This document shows positions 1 to 5,989 of a stretch of 32,000 bases of DNA, in pieces. Below the pieces are notes generated by a model that saw only the letters and a program-made list of their open reading frames with translations, did not search any database and was not told where the DNA came from. Origin of the DNA: Pseudomonas aeruginosa. GTDB lineage: Bacteria; Pseudomonadota; Gammaproteobacteria; Pseudomonadales; Pseudomonadaceae. The translations under genes and the position numbers were made by a program. The first letter of the stretch is position 1; each line of letters opens with the position of its first letter. The stretch covers positions 3,600,001-3,632,000 of the forward strand of contig NZ_LN831024.1 of the NCBI RefSeq assembly GCF_001457615.1, written 5' to 3'.

Positions 1-539
1 AGATCTTCAAGAGCATCAGCTACGAAGGTGTGCCGGACATCCGCATCATCGTACTGATGGGCTACCCGGTGATGGCCATGCTGCGCCTGCCGACCCGGCA
101 GTCGGGCGGCAAGGCCAACCTGCATCAGGGCGCCATCGGCGTGGGCGTCGACCTGGCCACCGGTGTCACCCTGCGCGGCACCTGGCTGAACAACAAGATC
201 GCCAAGCACCCGGACACCACCAACGCGGTGGACGGCGTGCAACTGCCGAACTGGGACGGCTTCATGAAGCTGGCGGCCGGTTGCTACGAGTTGTCGGGCC
301 TCGGCTACATCGGCGTGGACATGGTTCTCGACCAGGAGAAAGGCCCGCTGATCCTCGAACTCAACGCCCGCCCGGGCCTGAACATCCAGATCGCCAACGA
401 CAGCGGCCTGGTGCACCGCTGCCACGCCGTCGAGGCGCGACTGGAAGAACTCAAGGCGAAAGGCATCGAAGAGTCCGCGGAAGAGCGCGTACGCTTCTCC
501 CAGCAGCTGTTCGGCCACGTCCAGCAGCACCAGGGCTGA
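1..539 (+). CDS. ATP-grasp enzyme, RimK-like alpha-L-glutamate-ligase-related protein (C-terminal part; 5' end lies outside the window)
   Basis: Frame 3 is open from the window edge (IFKSISYEGVPDIRI...), with stop TGA at 537-539. GYIGVDMVLDQEKGPLILELNARPGLNIQ is the typical ATP-grasp C-terminal Mg/ATP-binding E-x-N strand. GC3 is high. A strong terminator follows. Confidence 0.75.
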   Translation, partial: IFKSISYEGVPDIRIIVLMGYPVMAMLRLPTRQSGGKANLHQGAIGVGVDLATGVTLRGTWLNNKIAKHPDTTNAVDGVQLPNWDGFMKLAAGCYELSGLGYIGVDMVLDQEKGPLILELNARPGLNIQIANDSGLVHRCHAVEARLEELKAKGIEESAEERVRFSQQLFGHVQQHQG

Positions 540-554
540 CGTGCTTCCGGTATG

Positions 555-583
555 AAGAAGCCCGGCTCCGGCCGGGCTTTTTC
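555..583. terminator. Bidirectional rho-independent terminator between convergent genes
   Basis: Perfect 9-bp stem AAGCCCGGC (558-566) / GCCGGGCTT (571-579) with loop TCCG. It is flanked by an A-rich run upstream and a T-run downstream, and lies between the stops at 539 (+) and 596 (-). Confidence 0.7.
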
Positions 584-595
584 ATGTCTCGGATT

Positions 596-1786
596 TCAAC
601 GCACCACGGCCAGCTCGAAGCCGCCCTGCCGGGCGTGCTCATGCACCTGCATACCCGCCTCGTTCACCGCCAGGTCCTGCAGCGGACGCTTGAACGGCTT
701 GTTGTCGAGGGTTTGCAGCGAGCGGTCCTCGTCGGTGGTCAGCAGCAGCACGTAGCGCTCGCCGCGATTGGCTCGCACCGGCACCGTACCCTCGATGAAA
801 GCGTAGCGATACCAGGTTTCCGGGTTCAGCTTGTACACCGCGTCGCTGACCAGCCGGGTCGGCCGCTTGTGCTCGTCGAGGAACAGCAGCGACGGGTAGA
901 CCACCTGGCGGTTGGCGAAACTGCGGATGCGCAGGCCGTAGACACCCTGGGAGCGCGGCAGCCGGATCGCCGCGTAGAAGCTCCTGCCCATGGGAAAGTC
1001 GAAGCTCGGCGAGAAGCGGTTCAACTCCTCGTAGCGCGGTTCGTCGGCATCCAGTTCGGTGAAGTCGCTCTCGGCGATCTGCTCGCAGCAGCGCCGTTGC
1101 AGGTCCTGGTAGAGATCGTCGATGGTCATCTCGGTGCCCTTGAGCAAAGCCTTCAGCGCATCGCTCTGCTGGCCGGCGCCATCCAGCCCGGGCAACGCCG
1201 TCGGACGTTGCTTGAACTCGATCTGCCGGCCCTCGGTGAAGGCGATCTGCGACGAAGGCGCGGCCTCCCGCTTGAAGCGCGCCGCGCGCTCCTCGGGCGG
1301 GATCTGCGAGTTGTGCATGCGGCCCTTCTCGTCCACCCAGGTGTAGTAGGGACTGCCGTTCTCGCTGCGAACGAAACCCTTGCCCTCGAAGGCCTCGGCG
1401 TCGATGTATTCGGCGGAGTGCTCGCCGTTGGGCAGGACGTAGTCGGCGCGCTGGCCGGCGACCTGGGCGCCGGCATAGAAGCTGTTCTGCACGTTGCCGT
1501 TGGCATCGATCCAGGTGTAGTAGCGACGCTTGCTCTCCCCTCCGCTGCTGTTCCCCGGCCACTGCGTGGCGTTGTCCGCCTTGTTCAGCACCCGCGCCTG
1601 GTCGCTCTGGCCGATGCGCTGCCGCGCCTGGCGCTGCTGGCGGTCGAACTGGCCGTCGACGAAGGTGTTGTGCACCCCGCCATTGTCGTCCACCCAGGTC
1701 AGGTAGCGCCCGCCGGAGGCCCAGCCCGGCGAAGATGCCGGCAGCGCCAGGGAGAAGACGCAAAGTACGATGGATGCGCGCATCAT
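596..1786 (-). CDS. Exported protein: three DUF4124-like repeats plus a MalM-like C-terminal domain
   Basis: N-terminal signal peptide MMRASIVLCVFSLALPASS. Three repeats: RYLTWVDDNGGVHNTF, RYYTWIDANGNVQNSF, PYYTWVDEKGRMHNSQ. In the C-terminal part, VYPSLLFLDEHKRP and ERYVLLLTTDEDRSLQT parallel E. coli MalM FAPNVLILDQNMTP and KLYVLVFTTEKDLQQT. SD GGAG lies upstream, 10 nt after the preceding stop. Confidence 0.8.
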   Translation of the reverse strand: MMRASIVLCVFSLALPASSPGWASGGRYLTWVDDNGGVHNTFVDGQFDRQQRQARQRIGQSDQARVLNKADNATQWPGNSSGGESKRRYYTWIDANGNVQNSFYAGAQVAGQRADYVLPNGEHSAEYIDAEAFEGKGFVRSENGSPYYTWVDEKGRMHNSQIPPEERAARFKREAAPSSQIAFTEGRQIEFKQRPTALPGLDGAGQQSDALKALLKGTEMTIDDLYQDLQRRCCEQIAESDFTELDADEPRYEELNRFSPSFDFPMGRSFYAAIRLPRSQGVYGLRIRSFANRQVVYPSLLFLDEHKRPTRLVSDAVYKLNPETWYRYAFIEGTVPVRANRGERYVLLLTTDEDRSLQTLDNKPFKRPLQDLAVNEAGMQVHEHARQGGFELAVVR

Positions 1787-1796
1787 GCTCCAGCCC

Positions 1797-3395
1797 TCAG
1801 AAGGTCGTACGGTAGGTCATGGCGAAAATATAGGCCTTCACCGTGGTGTCCACGTCCAGTCCCGCGTAGGGGTTGTACACCAGGTTGTCGAGCCCGGTGC
1901 AGTTCAGGTTGCAGCTGTTATCGGCCTTGACGCTCTGCTTGGTGACGAAGTAGTTGAAACCGACATCGATCACCGTGTCCTTGTCCCACTGGTAGCCCAG
2001 CCCCAGGCCGTAGAGATTGGCATCGCCGATCGGCACCAGGATGTCCGCCTGGCCCTTGGGGATCGCCGAAGGCCGGTATTCGTAGCCGGCGCGCAGCTGC
2101 AAACGGTCGTTGACGTCGTACTGCACGCCCATGGCCCAGCTCCAGGTATCGCGGTAGCCGCGGTCGAGGGTGATGCTGTGGCTGGTGGCGTCCTTCGAGT
2201 CGAGGTACTTGGCGATGCGCAGCAGGTCAAGCTCGCGGTCGAACTCGATCTTGAACTCGTTCCAGTCGCTGTAGCCGTTCCATTTCAGGTCGAAGTTGAA
2301 TTGCCACTTCTTGAACGGGCGCAGCTTCACGCCGGTGGAGAAGGCATCCGGATAGACCATGTTCATCGTGGCGTTGCCATGCTCTTCATCGACGTTCCCG
2401 TAAGGGAACATCTGGCCGAGGATCGCACCGCCGAGCGACTTGTGCACCCCGGTCCAGAAACCCTGCCAGCCCTGGCCGTAGTCGACCCGGTACTTGCCCT
2501 TGAGCCTCATCCGCGACTCGCTCTGATAGGTCGCGCCCCAGGCGAACCAGTCGGTGGGCTCCCAGAGCACGCCGAGGTTGAAGCTGGGCGACAGCGACTG
2601 CTGCATGTCCAGGTCGATATTGGCCAGGTTCTGGAACGGGCCGATGTTGCCGCCGCAGACGTTGAAGAACACCTCGAGGATCTCCTGCATTCCCGGCAGG
2701 CAACCGATCTCCTTGGTCTGCTGCAACAGCCCGAGCAACTGGTTCGGCGCCCGGAAATCCTCGTTCAACGCTACTGCCTGGTGGGAGAAACCCACCGACA
2801 GGCCGACCGACAGCTCGTCGTTGACCTGGTAGGCCAGGGTCGGCGAGAAGTAGGTGAGCCGCTGCAACGACACCTCGCGTCCCTGGTAGCGCGCCGGATC
2901 GCTATCGGAATCGCGGCTGTAGCCCAGCGCTTGCGGGGTATAGACGTTGGTGGCGAAGGTGAACTTGGAGCCCGGCGGGTTGATCGAGATCCCGGCCAGC
3001 GGCGCCACCAGCAACGGCACGTCGGTCATGCCGCCGAGGCCGGGCAGGTACATGGTCGGGGTCAGGGTCCGGCTGTGGCTGTTGGCGACCGGGTCGTCGC
3101 GCAGGCCGAAGGTGCCTTCGCCGTAGTTCGGCGGCGCCTTGAAGCCGGCGCGGATGTCCATCACCCCTGTAAGCAGCTTCACGGTCGCCTGGCGGCCCTT
3201 CATCCTGGTCAGCGCCGCCGGGTTGTAGTGCACCGAATCGATGCCGGTCTCGTCGGCGGTCACGGCGTTGCCGAGGGCCATGGCTTTCGGGTTGCCGATG
3301 GTCAGGTCGTTGGCCATCTGCGCGCCGGCCGGCGGAATCCAGGCCAGGCACACCCCTGCCAGCGCCAGCCAGAGCGGCGCAATGCGCATCTTCAT
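1797..3395 (-). CDS. Outer-membrane channel of the FadL/TodX (OMPP1) family
   Basis: Signal peptide MKMRIAPLWLALAGVCLAWIPPAGAQ. N-terminal GNPKAMALGNAVTADETGIDSVHYNPAAL aligns with FadL [26 protein letters not shown]. The segment RAGYEYRPSAIPKGQADILVPIGD aligns with [24 protein letters not shown]. C-terminal aromatic YRTTF. SD GAGG. Confidence 0.85.
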   Translation of the reverse strand: MKMRIAPLWLALAGVCLAWIPPAGAQMANDLTIGNPKAMALGNAVTADETGIDSVHYNPAALTRMKGRQATVKLLTGVMDIRAGFKAPPNYGEGTFGLRDDPVANSHSRTLTPTMYLPGLGGMTDVPLLVAPLAGISINPPGSKFTFATNVYTPQALGYSRDSDSDPARYQGREVSLQRLTYFSPTLAYQVNDELSVGLSVGFSHQAVALNEDFRAPNQLLGLLQQTKEIGCLPGMQEILEVFFNVCGGNIGPFQNLANIDLDMQQSLSPSFNLGVLWEPTDWFAWGATYQSESRMRLKGKYRVDYGQGWQGFWTGVHKSLGGAILGQMFPYGNVDEEHGNATMNMVYPDAFSTGVKLRPFKKWQFNFDLKWNGYSDWNEFKIEFDRELDLLRIAKYLDSKDATSHSITLDRGYRDTWSWAMGVQYDVNDRLQLRAGYEYRPSAIPKGQADILVPIGDANLYGLGLGYQWDKDTVIDVGFNYFVTKQSVKADNSCNLNCTGLDNLVYNPYAGLDVDTTVKAYIFAMTYRTTF

Positions 3396-3414
3396 AACAG
3401 GCCTCGCTCGCGGG

Positions 3415-4440
3415 TTACTGGGCCTTCAGCCCTTTGATATCGAGGGGTACGGATAACCCCAGCAGTACATCCGGCGAGTCTTCCGTGAGGCCGAAACCGG
3501 CGTTGACGTTGACGATGTAGTCCGGTGACGTCCGCAAGCCGAGCGAGAAGTTCATGATGCTACTGGTCTGTTCGGACGACTCGAACGTACCGGCAGTGGT
3601 GTGGTAGCGGTTCTTCAGCGTGTAGGCCATCTGGTACGAGGTCGCCAGCGAGACGTCGTAGGACAGCGCGTAGGCCATGCCCATGTTGAAGTTGATCGTG
3701 TTGCCGGGCGAGACCTTCTCCAGCTGGGAGTTGTCGGCCAGGGTCTGGTGCACGTCGTCCACCGGCAGGTTCCAGGTGTAGCCGAGCGAGCCGTAGAGGA
3801 CCACCGGGTCGATCACATAGGACATGTTCGCGCCGAAGCCCAGGCTGTAGTAGCCGTTGCCGGTGGAGATGTCCTTGTCCAGGTTGGTCTTGTAGGGACT
3901 GTCGCCGGTCGGCAGGCCGATGGTGGTATACAGCGTGGTGACCGGCCGCCCGCGCACCGCCGCCCAGGGCTGCCAGCGCAAGGTCGCGGAAACGTCGCCG
4001 AGGCTGTAGGCGTGGGTATCCATCTCGGTGTCGTACTTGGCTACCAGCGGCAGGCGGAAACTGAAGGTGAGGTTGTCCCAGATCCCGTAGTCGAAGGTGA
4101 AGGAGTTGGTGAAGGTGTGCTGGGACTGGCTCTGCCGGCCGGCGAGGCCGTAGATCTGCGTGCCGCCGCTGGTCTTGGTCAGCGGCACCAGGGTCAGCCG
4201 CTGGTCGCGCACCAGCGCGTAGTCGAAACCGTAGGTCAGGGTCCGCTCGCCCTTCTTGAGCAAGGTGTAGCTCTTCTCGGCGGCCTGGAAGACCTCCTCC
4301 AGCGCCTTGGCGCTGTCGGCATCGTCATTCTTCTTGGCCAGCGCGTCACGGGCCTGGTCGACCGAGGCTTCCTCGGCAACGGACAAACCGCTGATAGACA
4401 GCATCAGCGCCGCCGCGCATGTGTACCCCCTGATTCTCAT
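3415..4440 (-). CDS. Outer-membrane beta-barrel protein, family not assigned
   Basis: I moved the start to the ATG at 4440 (MRIRGYTCAAALMLSISGLSVAEE, a signal peptide preceded by GGGGA), not the track start at 4527. Alternating amphipathic strands rich in Y/G/T/S/N (TLTYGFDYALV, FTNSFTFDYGIW, YYSLGFGANMSYVI) are typical of OMP barrels. Confidence 0.7.
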   Translation of the reverse strand: MRIRGYTCAAALMLSISGLSVAEEASVDQARDALAKKNDDADSAKALEEVFQAAEKSYTLLKKGERTLTYGFDYALVRDQRLTLVPLTKTSGGTQIYGLAGRQSQSQHTFTNSFTFDYGIWDNLTFSFRLPLVAKYDTEMDTHAYSLGDVSATLRWQPWAAVRGRPVTTLYTTIGLPTGDSPYKTNLDKDISTGNGYYSLGFGANMSYVIDPVVLYGSLGYTWNLPVDDVHQTLADNSQLEKVSPGNTINFNMGMAYALSYDVSLATSYQMAYTLKNRYHTTAGTFESSEQTSSIMNFSLGLRTSPDYIVNVNAGFGLTEDSPDVLLGLSVPLDIKGLKAQ

Positions 4441-4480
4441 GGCGCTATCCCCAGAGATTGTTCTTGTTTTTGGGTATCTG

Positions 4481-5242
4481 CTACTTGGTGCGCAGGTGTA
4501 TGACGTCGCCACCAGTGCCCAGCTCACGGACCTGGTTTTCAGTGATCTTGTTGATCTGCGGAAACTCGCGGAACGCCAGCAGGCTGACGGTGCGGTCGTC
4601 CACCAGGCGCATGTCGCGATCGTTCAGCGCCAGCGCGTTGCGGGGCTCCTGCCCACTCGGGAAGATCACGAACAGGACGTTCTGGTCCCAGATTTCCTCG
4701 AAGCGCGTCCGGGTGAAGCTGATGTTGCCCAAGGCCGGATCGGCGACGAAGACGTGATCGTTGTAGACATCGCGCACCACCACGAAATGCTTGAAGCCGG
4801 CATAGTGGATGGGGACCAGCGCCGGATGCTCGAGAGCGTCCAGGTCGCTGAACTCGGCGCGAAAACCACCGCTCTTGTAGCCCAGCGCAGCGGCGTAGCG
4901 CTTCATGTCGAGCAGCGAGAAACCGCGGCGCTGCACGATCTTATCGGCCTCGCCATAGCGCAGCAGTCCTTCCATGACCTGGCGTTCCTCGAGGTTGCGC
5001 CCGAGGTAGTAGTCCAGCAGCGTGGTAAGCGCCGCCGAGCCGCAGCTGTAGTCATAGGCCTGGCGGATGACGTTGCGGAACTGCAACTGGCTCATCGGCT
5101 CCAGCTGCACCGATTCGCGGTAGGGTCCATTGGGGGTCAGAGGCTGGCTGAGGTTGACCGTGCCCTGCGGTTGCGGCTTGGTATCGACCGTCTGGGTGAA
5201 CCCGAACAGCCCGATCAGACTTCCCAGCAAAATCTCGAACAT
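4481..5242 (-). CDS. Stand-alone peptidase C39-like cysteine protease (no ABC transporter domains), hydrophobic N-terminus
   Basis: IRQAYDYSCGSAALTTLL gives the Gln-x5-Cys oxyanion/nucleophile pattern (Q61, C67). KHFVVVRDVYNDHVFVADPALG gives the His/Asp pair (H152, D168) of C39 bacteriocin-processing peptidases. The N-terminal MFEILLGSLIGLFGF is hydrophobic. Stop TAG at 4481. Confidence 0.8.
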   Translation of the reverse strand: MFEILLGSLIGLFGFTQTVDTKPQPQGTVNLSQPLTPNGPYRESVQLEPMSQLQFRNVIRQAYDYSCGSAALTTLLDYYLGRNLEERQVMEGLLRYGEADKIVQRRGFSLLDMKRYAAALGYKSGGFRAEFSDLDALEHPALVPIHYAGFKHFVVVRDVYNDHVFVADPALGNISFTRTRFEEIWDQNVLFVIFPSGQEPRNALALNDRDMRLVDDRTVSLLAFREFPQINKITENQVRELGTGGDVIHLRTK

Positions 5243-5265
5243 CGCCCCGTCGTACCTCTTTCGGA

Positions 5266-5298
5266 GAAAGACCCCGCCGATGCCTCGGCGAGGTCTTC
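5266..5298 (-). terminator. Intra-cluster stem-loop after the small secreted-protein gene (possible partial terminator/attenuator)
   Basis: GAAAGACCCCGCCGA / TCGGCGAGGTCTTC forms about 13 bp with one mismatch and loop TGCC. On the minus-strand transcript it is followed by UCUUUCUCC. It lies in the 78-nt gap between the stop at 5321 and the next start at 5242. Confidence 0.4.
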
Positions 5299-5320
5299 GC
5301 GTCTCGACTCGGTTCCTGGA

Positions 5321-5758
5321 TCAGTGACCCCAGACCTTGATGGTGGAACCGGCCATGTTCAGCCCGGAGACGGTCAGCGAGCCGATGCTGGCGGCGCTGG
5401 TGTCGCCCACCTTGATGGCGCCAACGGTCACGTCGCCGGTGATGGCCGGCAGGCCGATGGCCAGTTGCTGGGTCGACTTGCCGCCGATATCGGTGGTGAC
5501 GACGTCGATGGTCAGCGGCTTGGTATCGTCGATGGTCAGCGCCGGCAGGCTGATGTTCTCCAGCCGCAGGGAGCCGCCGTTGGTGTCGGTATCGGTGTAG
5601 GTCACGGCCCCGACGGAGCCCTGGAAAGTACCGGAAATGCTGATGCCTGCCTGGCCGGTCACGTCGGACAGCGCGCCATCGTCCATGGCTTTCAGGTCGG
5701 CATGCGCCAGCAAGGGAGCAGCCAGAACAGCAGTTGCAAGGAACAGGTGCTTTTTCAT
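5321..5758 (-). CDS. Small secreted Gly/Thr/Ser/Ile/Asp-rich, Cys-free protein (145 aa) of unknown function
   Basis: I chose the start at ATG 5758 (MKKHLFLATAVLAAPLLAHA, a signal peptide with SD GGAGA 7 nt upstream) rather than the track start at 5812. The mature part has alternating beta-strand-like sequence (ISISGTFQGSVGAVTYTDTD, LTIDVVTTDIGG, VTVGAIKVGD). Confidence 0.8.
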   Translation of the reverse strand: MKKHLFLATAVLAAPLLAHADLKAMDDGALSDVTGQAGISISGTFQGSVGAVTYTDTDTNGGSLRLENISLPALTIDDTKPLTIDVVTTDIGGKSTQQLAIGLPAITGDVTVGAIKVGDTSAASIGSLTVSGLNMAGSTIKVWGH

Positions 5759-5947
5759 TGTTATTTCTCCAGTGTTCAGGTGTGGTTTGCCCCAGGGCAC
5801 TGCCGTTTGCATCCTGTCCCCGGCAGATCGACCGGCATCTCGCCGGTCTCCAGGTCCGGTACTGCTTCCCTAGGTGTCCCGGACATGGATTCGGTAGAGC
5901 CTCATGCTCTCTCGTCCTGGATTCCAAGCTACTGGGCCACCCCTTCC

Positions 5948-5983
5948 GCCGCCAGCCCATCCAAGGGATGGAGCGATGGCGGC
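5948..5983 (-). terminator. Imperfect stem-loop immediately 3' of the second regulator gene
   Basis: GCCGCCA...CCATCC-CTT-GGATGG...TGGCGGC (sense-strand reading): 7-bp and 6-bp stems with an internal loop, starting 7 nt after the stop at 5990. There is no U-run, so terminator function is uncertain. Confidence 0.3.
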
Positions 5984-5989
5984 TGCCGC

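Noticed and set aside
1702-1722. GWASGG double-glycine at the N-terminus of the MalM-like protein as a second C39 substrate site
   Set aside because: It lies right at or within the predicted signal-peptide region and lacks the upstream L-S-x-x-E-L-type helix. A lone GG is too common in this Gly-rich proteome to carry weight.
281-3437. Long plus-strand ORFs (281-1930, 1770-3437) antisense to the MalM-like and FadL-like genes
   Set aside because: The translations are Arg/Ala/Gly/Val/Leu/His-rich with no motifs. They mirror real genes on the opposite strand that have signal peptides and family signatures, so they are GC3-driven shadow ORFs.
3415-4527. Longer N-terminal extensions given by the track for several genes (3415-4527, 5321-5812, 12990-13685, 19556-20134, 21324-21881, 21769-22539, 17727-18167, 18410-19498)
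   Set aside because: In each case an internal start with a good SD gives a canonical N-terminus (signal peptide, lipobox, HAD motif or macro N-terminus), while the extension is compositionally non-coding. The start of the Trx-like gene remains genuinely uncertain.
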